Below are positions 42,173-51,134 of a stretch of DNA of 64,000 bases, in pieces. The stretch covers positions 3,456,001 to 3,520,000 of the forward strand of contig OY760175.1 of NCBI GenBank assembly GCA_963663165.1. The letters are read 5' to 3'. The notes below the pieces were generated by a model. The model made no database searches and was not told where the DNA came from. It saw only the letters and a program-made list of their open reading frames with translations. This DNA is from an uncultured Desulfospira sp. (GTDB lineage: Bacteria > Desulfobacterota > Desulfobacteria > Desulfobacterales > Desulfobacteraceae). The number at the start of each line of letters is the position of its first letter. Within the stretch, counting starts at the first letter, position 1. The translations under genes were made by a program, and so were the position numbers.

Positions 42173-43354
42173 CTACCGCAACAGCTCTTCCAACACCGTT
42201 TCCAGGATCCCGGCCATGGCGTCGATCTCCTGAACCGTGACGGTCAGGGCCGGCATAAACCTGAGAAGATTCGGTCTTGGGGCATTAAGGATCAGCCCCT
42301 TTGCCAGGGCAAGGTCAACCGCTTTCCCGGAAATCTCCTGATTCAGGTCCAGGGCGGCCAGAAGGCCAAACCCCCTGACCTCTCCCAGAGAAAATCGTTC
42401 TGATACCCCTTTTAACCGGTCTGCCAGATGTGTCCCCAGGGTCCGGACATTTTCCAGGAATCCCGGACCGGTCACAGCATCCATGACCGTACAGCCCACG
42501 GCCGTCATCAGGGGGCTGCCGTTAAAGGTGCCCCCCTGATCCCCGTGGGCAAAACAGGATGCCGCCTCTGTGGCCGCCATGGCCGCCAGGGGAACCCCGC
42601 CCCCCAGCATTTTGCCCAGGGTCATGATGTCCGGGGACACCCCGGCATGCTCATGCCCCCACAGCCTTCCGGTCCGGCCCATGCCGGTCTGGATTTCATC
42701 CACGATCAGCAGCAGGTTCTTCTGACGGGTCAGATCCCGGAGTTCCTTTAAAAATGCCGGGTCGGCCGGAATAACCCCGGCCTCTCCCTGGACCGGCTCC
42801 ACCATGACGGCCGTTGTCTGGTCGCCAATCAATCGGGAGACCGACTCAATATCGTTGAGACGGGCCTTGGGAAAGCCTTTTACCTTAGGCTCAAACAGCG
42901 TTTCAAACTGGGGCTTGCCCGATGCCGACATGGCGGCCAGGGTCCTTCCGTGAAAAGAATTCACAAAGGTGATAATCTCAAAAGCGCCGTTTTTGTTCAA
43001 CTGCCCCCATTTTCTGGCCAGTTTAATGGCCCCCTCGTTGGCCTCGGCACCGGAATTGGTAAAAAAGACCCGGTCAAAGCAGCTGTTTTCCGTGATCCTG
43101 CGGGCAAGGTCTATGGAGGGCCGGTTAAAAAACGCCGGGCTTGGGGTAATCAGGGTCCGGGACTGCTCTGAAAGGACTTGGGCAATACATTCCGGGCTGT
43201 GGCCCAGGCAGTTCACGGCCCAGCCCTGGACAAAGTCAAGGTAGGACTTGCCCTGGTCATCCCAGAGCCAGGATCCCTGGCCTTTGACAAAAATCTGGGG
43301 CGGCCGGGGGGTGATATCCATTAAACAGGAGGTTTCAATTTTATTGGATGGCAT
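42173..43354 (-). CDS. argD: Acetylornithine aminotransferase
   Basis: [38 protein letters not shown]. Confidence 0.92.
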   Translation of the reverse strand: MPSNKIETSCLMDITPRPPQIFVKGQGSWLWDDQGKSYLDFVQGWAVNCLGHSPECIAQVLSEQSRTLITPSPAFFNRPSIDLARRITENSCFDRVFFTNSGAEANEGAIKLARKWGQLNKNGAFEIITFVNSFHGRTLAAMSASGKPQFETLFEPKVKGFPKARLNDIESVSRLIGDQTTAVMVEPVQGEAGVIPADPAFLKELRDLTRQKNLLLIVDEIQTGMGRTGRLWGHEHAGVSPDIMTLGKMLGGGVPLAAMAATEAASCFAHGDQGGTFNGSPLMTAVGCTVMDAVTGPGFLENVRTLGTHLADRLKGVSERFSLGEVRGFGLLAALDLNQEISGKAVDLALAKGLILNAPRPNLLRFMPALTVTVQEIDAMAGILETVLEELLR

Positions 43355-43392
43355 GGTTCTCTTTGATATGAATTAATTTTGGGCTGTAATAT

Positions 43393-44481
43393 TTAATTAG
43401 GCGAAGATTCCCGCCAGACGGTGGTCCGGTTTCTGCCTTCCGCTTTGGAGCGGTAAAGGGCCTGGTCTGCCCGGCTGATCCACTCTTCCCGGGTCAGGGG
43501 ACGGGGACGGGCCTGGTTTTCGGCAATCCCCATGGACACGGTAATGGACAAGTGCCGGTCCGGGTCCACCTTTCCGGTGTCGTCAATGGCGGAAAATTTA
43601 TGGGCGGCAATGTCACTTCTGATCCGCTCGACAATTGAAAAGGCATTCAGGGCGTCGGTGGTTTCAAATATCATGAGGAACTCCTCTCCCCCGTACCGGC
43701 CGGCCACATCAAAATCCTCCCTCATGGAGGCCTTTAACAGCCCGCCGATCTGCCTTAAAACAATATCCCCCTGAAGGTGGCCATAGGTATCGTTGACCTT
43801 TTTAAAATGGTCTATGTCACAAATGGCAATGGAGGCATGGGTTCCCGAATTTCTGGCAAACCGTCTGCAGACCCAGTCCACCTCCTCCTTAATCTTGCGG
43901 GAGTTGTACAGGCCGGTAAGGTTGTCGTTCACGGCCAGTTCCTCAAACTGTTCTTTGATCAGGACGGTGCTCAGGTAATTGCACAAAATTTCCCATGCAC
44001 TGGCCTGATAATCCCTGTTGGCAAATTTGTTGTCGCGGCCAAGGCCGCCGAAGAGATATCCGCCCCCAAATGTATCGGGCAGGTAAACAAAGCCCATGAT
44101 ATTGCAGCCGCCAGCGGTCTTGTCAGCCGAGACCTTCCGGGTCTGAAAGGCTTTGATCTCATTGATGAACATGAAATTGGGATTTTTAAAGCTCAACTGG
44201 AACCGTCTGTTTTGATACAGGTCTTGTCTTAACTGTTTCGGGTCAGATACCCGGACCACCCTGAGCATGAGGGCGTCATCCACCACGTTGGTCACCTTGT
44301 ACAGCACACTCACATCAAAGCACATGGTCTCTTGAATGATCCCCAGGGATTTCTCAAAAAAATGATCCACATCCTTGCCCCCTTCTACCGAAGCAAAATA
44401 GGAGCTGAGTTCCCCCAGCTGCTTCAAAATATGTCCGGGATCTGTTTGCGCTTTATCCATAAGGCTATACCAATTTCCCAT
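43393..44481 (-). CDS. Diguanylate cyclase with N-terminal GAF-like region
   Basis: DNLTGLYN, DIDHFKKVNDTYGH, GRYGGEEF. Confidence 0.92.
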   Translation of the reverse strand: MGNWYSLMDKAQTDPGHILKQLGELSSYFASVEGGKDVDHFFEKSLGIIQETMCFDVSVLYKVTNVVDDALMLRVVRVSDPKQLRQDLYQNRRFQLSFKNPNFMFINEIKAFQTRKVSADKTAGGCNIMGFVYLPDTFGGGYLFGGLGRDNKFANRDYQASAWEILCNYLSTVLIKEQFEELAVNDNLTGLYNSRKIKEEVDWVCRRFARNSGTHASIAICDIDHFKKVNDTYGHLQGDIVLRQIGGLLKASMREDFDVAGRYGGEEFLMIFETTDALNAFSIVERIRSDIAAHKFSAIDDTGKVDPDRHLSITVSMGIAENQARPRPLTREEWISRADQALYRSKAEGRNRTTVWRESSPN

Positions 44482-44652
44482 CCATTGTGATATGAGACCC
44501 TAAATCCTTTAAAATTCGGAAAGAAATTTTTTTTCTGAAATCAACATAACAAATATAAGAATGAAAAGTAAATCCGAAACAGCCGGCAAAAGACAAGAAA
44601 ATGGCCCTGCTGTCTGTTTCCGGAACTCCGGACAGGTGACTTTATCGCTTAC

Positions 44653-45957
44653 ATTAACAAAACATATTTAACGGCCCTGGCGGCCGCCCCAAACGGTGAG
44701 ATCTTTGAATTGGAGGGCTACGGGGCCGCCGGGATGTCCTGCAGCCGGTTCTTTGCCCTGGTCAGGAATGAAACGGTTGACATGCCCTACGGCAGCGAAC
44801 TGATGATGCTCCCGGACCGCTCCCCGGTGGTTTACAACATCCCGAAAAAACGGTTTGAAATTTTAACCCGCAACCCCTATGCCCCTGATGAACGGATTTT
44901 TCCCGTGGCGGTATTTAATTCTCCGGGATATGTGAACCGGCATTTTTGCGCCTATGACGATGCCGGTGCCAAGGGCCTGCTGCCCCTGTTTTCCTACGGG
45001 GCTGTGGGATTTGGGAAAAATGATTTCCGGTCTGCCGCTATCCTGGTGGATGACGAACCAAGACAGGATTTAAGGCGGATGCCAAGGGAAAAAATCCTTA
45101 CGGGTGTCCAGCTGATGCAGCAACGCTATCCCGAAAACCGGCTCATGCGCCACCTTGAAACCTGTGCCCTGGAATACGGATGCCCGGCCGGGAAAAATTT
45201 TTTCCTTGAACGGTATGAGGCACCCCTTCCCACGGCCATGACCTGCAACGCCAATTGCCTTGGCTGCATTTCCCTGCAGACCCAGAACAATTTGTGCGCC
45301 TGCCAGGACCGGATCGCCTTTACCCCGACGCCTGAAGAGATCGCCCAGGTCAGCCTCGAACACATCGGCAAGGTCAAGAAGGCCGTGGTCAGTTTCGGCC
45401 AGGGGTGTGAAGGGGAGCCCCTGACGGCGGCCAAGGTCATTGAACCGGCCATCCGGCTGATCCGGGAAAAGACCGATCAGGGGACCATTAACCTGAACTC
45501 CAATGCCAGCCTTCCCGGGCAGGTGGAAAGACTTTGTAAAGCCGGCCTTGACAGCATGCGGGCCAGCATGAATTCAGTCAGACAAGCGGTTTACACCGCC
45601 TATTTCAGGCCCAAGTCATATGCGTTTAAAGATGTCCTGGCGAGCATTGATACGGCCCGAAAACACGGCCGGTTCGTGGCCATCAACTATTTAAACTGTC
45701 CCGGGGTGACAGACTCTGAAAAAGAGGCAAAGGCCCTGTTTGCCTTTATCCGGGACCATGACATCAACATGATCCAGTGGCGCAACCTCAACTATGATCC
45801 CAGGGCCTATTGGCGGGCCATGGAAGATGTGGAACCCGGAGGGGATGCCATGGGCATGGAAACACTGATCCGGGAGTTAAGCCGGGAATTTCCCCACCTG
45901 ATTCACGGGTATTTTAATCCCCCAAAGGAAAACCATGTCAGACTTTCAAAAAAATAA
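44653..45957 (+). CDS. Radical SAM protein (start uncertain, between 44644 and 44710)
   Basis: CNANCLGC (CxxxCxxC); SFGQGCEGEPL. Confidence 0.85.
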   Translation: MNKTYLTALAAAPNGEIFELEGYGAAGMSCSRFFALVRNETVDMPYGSELMMLPDRSPVVYNIPKKRFEILTRNPYAPDERIFPVAVFNSPGYVNRHFCAYDDAGAKGLLPLFSYGAVGFGKNDFRSAAILVDDEPRQDLRRMPREKILTGVQLMQQRYPENRLMRHLETCALEYGCPAGKNFFLERYEAPLPTAMTCNANCLGCISLQTQNNLCACQDRIAFTPTPEEIAQVSLEHIGKVKKAVVSFGQGCEGEPLTAAKVIEPAIRLIREKTDQGTINLNSNASLPGQVERLCKAGLDSMRASMNSVRQAVYTAYFRPKSYAFKDVLASIDTARKHGRFVAINYLNCPGVTDSEKEAKALFAFIRDHDINMIQWRNLNYDPRAYWRAMEDVEPGGDAMGMETLIRELSREFPHLIHGYFNPPKENHVRLSKK

Positions 45958-47077
45958 GCCTGAAAAGATACAGGTCATTGACCAGACCTTAAGGGAGGGC
46001 ATGCAGTTTCGGGGGCTTGTCTTTTCCCTGGACCAGCGGATTGAAATTCTTAACTTCCAGGAACAGCTCGGTGTGGCGGTCTGCCAGGCCGGATACCCGG
46101 CCGCCCACGAAAAAGAGGCCGATATCGTGGCCCGGGTGGCGGCCCACGCCAAAGCCAGCCAATTTAAAATCCGGACCGCCGCATTGGGACGGGCAGTTGA
46201 AAGAGATGCCCGGACCATGATGGACACCGGGGTGGACGACATCCACCTTCATTTTCATGTCAAGCCTGGTGCCCAGGAAAATGACCTTGCCTCCCTGTTC
46301 GAGGACCTTGAAGGGGTGATCTGCCTTATCCGGACGCAAAAACCCGCTGCCAAAATCAGCATGGCCATGCTGGATCTGGGCCGGACACCGGACAACCTGT
46401 TAACGGCCTGCCTTAATTTTCTGGCCGGCAAACCGGCCATTGATACCATCTCTCTTCCCGACACCTCGGGCATCATGGCCCCGGTCCGGGTATACGAAAA
46501 AATCAGCGCCGCCCTTCCCCTTTGCGGGCAGGCCGATATCAGCGTCCACTGCCACAATGATCTCGGGGCCGCTTCGGCCAACGGGTTCATGGGCATCCTG
46601 GCCGGGGCCAAAGTTCTGGAAGCCTCGGCTTTGGGAATTGGGGAAAGAAACGGGATCAGTGATCTGTACACCACGGCCCGGCTGCTGGCGGATGAAGGGG
46701 TGGACACGGGCCTGAACCTGGATGACACCCCATTGTTCAAAGCCTATTACTCCTTTGTGGATAACATCGTGTTTGAACAGACCGGAGAACACCTGTTCGG
46801 GTATGCCTTCCCCGGTTTTGGCCCGGGAACCAAAACCCATGTGGCCGGCACCCATGCGGGAAAACATTTCGGGACCACGGAAAACCAGGAATTTTACTTA
46901 AATGTGCTGTGCGGCAAGGGGCTGGTCAGGCAGTACCTGGCCCTGGCGTTCCCGGACCGCAGCGTTTCCGGATCTGTGCTGGAAAAAATCAGTGCCGCCG
47001 TCAAATTACAGAGTATCACCGCAGGCCGCTGTCTGACCAAGGCTGACGTTCAGGCCATACTGAATTCATATTCATAA
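45935..47077 (+). CDS. DRE-TIM metallolyase (isopropylmalate/homocitrate/citramalate synthase-like), no regulatory domain
   Basis: IDQTLREGMQ, LPDTSG, VHCHNDLG, GIGERNG. Confidence 0.85.
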   Translation: MSDFQKNKPEKIQVIDQTLREGMQFRGLVFSLDQRIEILNFQEQLGVAVCQAGYPAAHEKEADIVARVAAHAKASQFKIRTAALGRAVERDARTMMDTGVDDIHLHFHVKPGAQENDLASLFEDLEGVICLIRTQKPAAKISMAMLDLGRTPDNLLTACLNFLAGKPAIDTISLPDTSGIMAPVRVYEKISAALPLCGQADISVHCHNDLGAASANGFMGILAGAKVLEASALGIGERNGISDLYTTARLLADEGVDTGLNLDDTPLFKAYYSFVDNIVFEQTGEHLFGYAFPGFGPGTKTHVAGTHAGKHFGTTENQEFYLNVLCGKGLVRQYLALAFPDRSVSGSVLEKISAAVKLQSITAGRCLTKADVQAILNSYS

Positions 47078-47184
47078 AATCCAAAATCTACAAGAAAACA
47101 TTTGCATTACAGGTTTTTATCTGATTTAATCATCGTTTTTCAGGCTGTAACCGATATTGGGTTTCAGAAAAGGGAAGACAAAGT

Positions 47185-47868
47185 TTGGATATAGACCTTA
47201 AGGGCATTGTGATCATTGTGGGCAACTATGGTTCGGGAAAATCCGAAACTGCGGTAAACCTGGCCGCCCAAAGCATCAAAAGCGGGAAATCCGTCAAAAT
47301 AGCGGATCTTGACCTGGTCAATCCCTATTTTAGAACCCGGGAGGCCCGGATTCCCCTGGAAAGCTTAGGGGTGTCGGTGGTGCTGCCGGATAAACAATAC
47401 ATGTATGCGGACCTGCCCATCCTGACCCCGGCCGTTGCCGGAATGATTCAGAACCCGGCAGACCTGACCATCCTGGATGCCGGGGGAGACGACGTGGGGG
47501 TGACGGTTCTGGCCGCCCTTGAAGATTTCTTAAAGAAAAAACAAATTTCCATGCTCCAGGTCATCAACCCTTACAGGCCCTTTACCCAGGACGTTCAAGG
47601 CTGCCTGAAGATCCTCAGGGAGATTGAAATTTCCTCCAAACTCAAGGTCACGGGACTGATTTCCAACGCCAACCTTATTGACGCGACAGAACCTGAACAT
47701 ATTATTAAGGGATATGAACTGGTTAAAGAGGTTTCCCGGGAAACCGGACTGAAACTTGAATTTATAACGGCCTGCCCCCAGGTATTAAAGAAGATGGATA
47801 CCAAACAATTTGACTGTCCGATCCTGCCCATTGACAGGACACTTTTACCCCCCTGGAAGCGCAGCTAA
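47185..47868 (+). CDS. P-loop ATP-binding protein associated with 2-oxoacid oxidoreductase operons
   Basis: GNYGSGKSE, ADLDLVNPYFR. Confidence 0.8.
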   Translation: MDIDLKGIVIIVGNYGSGKSETAVNLAAQSIKSGKSVKIADLDLVNPYFRTREARIPLESLGVSVVLPDKQYMYADLPILTPAVAGMIQNPADLTILDAGGDDVGVTVLAALEDFLKKKQISMLQVINPYRPFTQDVQGCLKILREIEISSKLKVTGLISNANLIDATEPEHIIKGYELVKEVSRETGLKLEFITACPQVLKKMDTKQFDCPILPIDRTLLPPWKRS

Positions 47869-47951
47869 AGGGGTTTGGGCTTTAAGAGACTCAGGCGGTT
47901 TGAATTAACCGCGCTGACCGCCTTTTGCCCATTACCCCTCAGACAATTAAT

Positions 47952-48100
47952 TAGTGTCTGAACAAAAACCCGTGTTTGGATGAAAAGTTGCCCATATGCA
48001 AGGCGCATAAAAATTGGCAACCGGAGCAACCTTAAGGGTTGTGAGGATTGCAAATTTTTTTTGCAACGCAGCAGATGGGTGACTTTTCGTTCAAACACCA
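47952..48100 (+). repeat. Palindromic repeat family, copy 3
   Basis: tagtgtctgaac...gtgtttggatgaaaag...tgcaaggcgc...caacgcagcagatggg..cttttcgttcaaacac. Confidence 0.9.
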
Positions 48101-48118
48101 ATCAAAGGAGTACGACAT

Positions 48119-48337
48119 ATGGCATACCAACATATCATTGATTCCGAACGGTGCAAAGGCTGCGGCCTATGCATTAACTTCTGTCCGAAGAACGTACTGG
48201 AGATCTCGGACAAGGTTAATGCCAAGGGGCATTTCCCCGCCTTCCAGGCCCGGCCCGAGGACTGTGTTTACTGCACCATCTGCTGCGTAATGTGTCCGGA
48301 TGTGGCCATCAGCATTGTTGAAACCCAGGACGCCTGA
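48119..48337 (+). CDS. 2x[4Fe-4S] ferredoxin (delta subunit of 2-oxoacid oxidoreductase)
   Basis: CKGCGLCINFCP and CVYCTICCVMCP. Confidence 0.92.
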   Translation: MAYQHIIDSERCKGCGLCINFCPKNVLEISDKVNAKGHFPAFQARPEDCVYCTICCVMCPDVAISIVETQDA

Positions 48338-48408
48338 TCCCCTGAACAGGACCACCGGTAACGGCATCCCTATTTGAATTTTTTTAAACTATTTGAGGAA
48401 AATATATA

Positions 48409-49476
48409 ATGGCAAAAGTGCTAATGAAAGGAAATGAGGCCATTGCTGAAGCGGCCATCCGTGCAGGGTGCAAGAACTATTTTGCATATCCCATCACCCC
48501 CCAGTCCGAAGTGGCTGAATACCTGTCCAAGAGGCTGCCTGAAGTTGACGGGGTCTTTTTGCAGGGAGAAAGCGAAGTGGCGGTGGGCTATATGATTTTC
48601 GGTGCGGCCGCAGCCGGCGCCAGGGTGATGACCACCTCTTCCTCCCCGGGGATCAGCCTCATGAGCGAAGCCCTCTCCTATATTGCCGCGGCCCAGTGCC
48701 CGGCGGTGTTTGTCAACATCATGCGGGGCGGTCCGGGATTAGGCGGCATTCTGCCTTCCCAGGGCGACTATTTCCAGGCCACCAAAGGCGGCGGCCACGG
48801 AGACTACCATCTGCTGGTCATGGCCCCGGATGGTGTCCAGGAAGCGGTTGAAATGACCATGAAAGCCTTTCTTCTGGCAGAAAAATACAGGGGCCCGGTC
48901 ATGGTGATGGGCGACGGACTCATTGGCCAGATGATGGAGCCCGTTGAATTTCCGGAAGATTTTGACACCACCCCCCCCAACAATGACGACTGGGCCACCA
49001 CGGGCATGGACCACCGGAAAAGCAACAAAAGAAACCTGGTAAAATCCCTGTTTCTTGATCCCACCCAGCTCAACCAGAACAACCTGGAGCTTAAAGCCAA
49101 ATACATCCAGATGAAAAAAGAAGAGGTCATGTTTGAGGCTTACAATGCCGACACGGATTATCAGGTCCTGATCTGCAGTTACGGCACCATGAGCCGGGTC
49201 TGCCGCACCGCCATTGACATGCTCAAGGAACAGGGGATTGAAATTGCCATGTTCCGTCCGAAAACCTTATTTCCTTTTCCGGAACAGGCCGTCTATGACC
49301 TGGCCGCCAAAGACAGCTGCAAAACCCTGATCAGCATTGAGATGAGCATGGGCCAGATGGTCGAAGATGTCGAACGGTGCGTCAAAGGCCAAAAGCCCGT
49401 CGAATTTTACGGCGAATGCGGCGGGGCCATTCCTTCACCGGAAAAAATTATCGAAATCATTAAAGGACTGATATAG
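48409..49476 (+). CDS. vorB: 2-oxoacid:ferredoxin oxidoreductase alpha subunit (VorB-like)
   Basis: GNEAIAE, AYPITPQSE, TTSSSPG, MRGGPGLG. Confidence 0.88.
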   Translation: MAKVLMKGNEAIAEAAIRAGCKNYFAYPITPQSEVAEYLSKRLPEVDGVFLQGESEVAVGYMIFGAAAAGARVMTTSSSPGISLMSEALSYIAAAQCPAVFVNIMRGGPGLGGILPSQGDYFQATKGGGHGDYHLLVMAPDGVQEAVEMTMKAFLLAEKYRGPVMVMGDGLIGQMMEPVEFPEDFDTTPPNNDDWATTGMDHRKSNKRNLVKSLFLDPTQLNQNNLELKAKYIQMKKEEVMFEAYNADTDYQVLICSYGTMSRVCRTAIDMLKEQGIEIAMFRPKTLFPFPEQAVYDLAAKDSCKTLISIEMSMGQMVEDVERCVKGQKPVEFYGECGGAIPSPEKIIEIIKGLI

Positions 49477-49484
49477 GAGAGACC

Positions 49485-50222
49485 ATGGGAAAGACATATT
49501 CCAAGCCAACGGCATTGACCGACGCCATGACCCATTACTGCCCGGGCTGCACCCACGGTATCGTACACCGCCTGGTGGCGGAAGTCATTGACGAACTGGG
49601 CATCCGGGGCAGAACCGTAGGCATCGCCCCTGTGGGATGCGCGGTGATGGCATATAACTATTTTGACTGCGATTTCCAGGAAGCGGCCCATGGCCGTGCG
49701 CCGGCCATGGCCACGGGAATGAAACGGGTCCGGCCGGACCTGATCGTGTTCACCTACCAGGGTGACGGGGACTTGGCCTCCATTGGCATGGGCGAAATCA
49801 TCCATGCCGCCAACCGGGGAGAAAAGTTCACGGTGATCTTTATCAACAACGCCATTTACGGCATGACCGGCGGCCAGATGGCCCCCACCACCATGCCGGG
49901 GCAGCGGGCCACCACGGCACCGGCCGGGCGTGACCCCCTCCTGACCGGGATGCCCATCCGCATGGCCAACCTTTTGGGAGAATTGGTGACCCCCGGGTAT
50001 GTGACCCGCCAGGCGGTTCTCAAACCCCAGATGGTAAACAAGACCAAAAAGGCCATTAAAAAGGCCTTTGAATACCAGATTGAAGGCAAGTGTTTCAGCT
50101 TTGTTGAGGTGGTCTCCACCTGTCCCACCAACTGGGGCATGACACCCCTGGATGCGTTGAAATGGGCTGAAGATACCCTTCTTCCCTATTATGAACTCGG
50201 AGATTACAAGGTCCCGGAATAG
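49485..50222 (+). CDS. 2-oxoacid:ferredoxin oxidoreductase beta (TPP-binding) subunit
   Basis: YCPGCTHG, GDGDLASIG, NNAIYGMTGGQ. Confidence 0.92.
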   Translation: MGKTYSKPTALTDAMTHYCPGCTHGIVHRLVAEVIDELGIRGRTVGIAPVGCAVMAYNYFDCDFQEAAHGRAPAMATGMKRVRPDLIVFTYQGDGDLASIGMGEIIHAANRGEKFTVIFINNAIYGMTGGQMAPTTMPGQRATTAPAGRDPLLTGMPIRMANLLGELVTPGYVTRQAVLKPQMVNKTKKAIKKAFEYQIEGKCFSFVEVVSTCPTNWGMTPLDALKWAEDTLLPYYELGDYKVPE

Positions 50223-50257
50223 CCGCCCGGACTGTTACCATATTTTGGAGAAACTGA

Positions 50258-50794
50258 ATGCAGACAGAAATAAAATTTGCAGGATTTGGCGGCCAGGGGA
50301 TCTTGCTTTCCGCAAAACTTCTGGCCTATGCAGCAATGAAGCAGGGCTCATTTGTGGCCTGGATTCCCTCTTACGGCCCTGAAATGAGAGGCGGTACCGC
50401 CTATTGCACCGTGGTGATCAGCGACCGGCTTATCGGCTCTCCCATCATTGAAAAGCCCACCCACCTGGTGGCCATGAACCGGCCCTCCCTCGAAAAATTT
50501 GAAGGGGATGTCAAGCCCGGCGGGATCATATTTATCAATTCATCCCTGATTCCGGTGCGAAGCAGCCGGACCGACATTGACCAGCTGGTGATCCCGGTCA
50601 ATGATGTGGCCATGGAGGCCGGTTCCATCCGGGCCGCCAATATTGTGGCCTTAAGTGCTTTTGCCGCCAGAAGCAAGCTGGTGGATATGGATCTGTTGAA
50701 AAAATGCGTTAAAGAAGAGTTTGCCGCCAAGGCCAAGATCATCCCGCTGAACATGGATGCCTTTGACCGGGGCGTGGCCCTGGCTGCAAGCTAA
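50258..50794 (+). CDS. 2-oxoacid:ferredoxin oxidoreductase gamma subunit
   Basis: AGFGGQG, SYGPEMRGG. Confidence 0.92.
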   Translation: MQTEIKFAGFGGQGILLSAKLLAYAAMKQGSFVAWIPSYGPEMRGGTAYCTVVISDRLIGSPIIEKPTHLVAMNRPSLEKFEGDVKPGGIIFINSSLIPVRSSRTDIDQLVIPVNDVAMEAGSIRAANIVALSAFAARSKLVDMDLLKKCVKEEFAAKAKIIPLNMDAFDRGVALAAS

Positions 50795-50808
50795 CGGTAT
50801 AAACTCAA

Positions 50809-50833
50809 CAGGGTGGGCAACATGCCCACCCTG
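50809..50833. repeat. REP-like hairpin
   Basis: cagggtgggca-aca-tgcccaccctg. Confidence 0.6.
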
Positions 50834-50857
50834 CCGAACCATAAGGATTTTTTTCCC

Positions 50858-51109
50858 ATGCTCAAAGTCTATTCGGCCAAATGGTGCCCCCACTGTGTGA
50901 AGACCATCAATTACCTGAAAGAAAACAACATTGAATTTCAGGTTATTGACATTGAATCCGAGCCGGAACCCGTTGTCCGGAAAGTCATTGACGTCAACGG
51001 GGGCGACGACTGGGTGGTTCCCACCCTGGAATTCAACGGAAAATGGCGGCCCGGCAAGGTGTTTAACGCCAAGGAACTGAAAGCGGATTTAAAAGACCTC
51101 GGGGTTTGA
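50858..51109 (+). CDS. Glutaredoxin-like protein
   Basis: YSAKWCPHC, VVPT cis-Pro motif; AAGGA Shine-Dalgarno upstream. Confidence 0.88.
   Translation: MLKVYSAKWCPHCVKTINYLKENNIEFQVIDIESEPEPVVRKVIDVNGGDDWVVPTLEFNGKWRPGKVFNAKELKADLKDLGV
51079..51108 (+). repeat. 30 bp direct repeat, left copy (3' end of the glutaredoxin gene)
   Basis: gaaagcggatttaaaagacctcggggtttg; 28/30 identical to 58214-58243. Confidence 0.85.
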
Positions 51110-51134
51110 TCCCAGGGGATTTGAAGTCTTTGCG

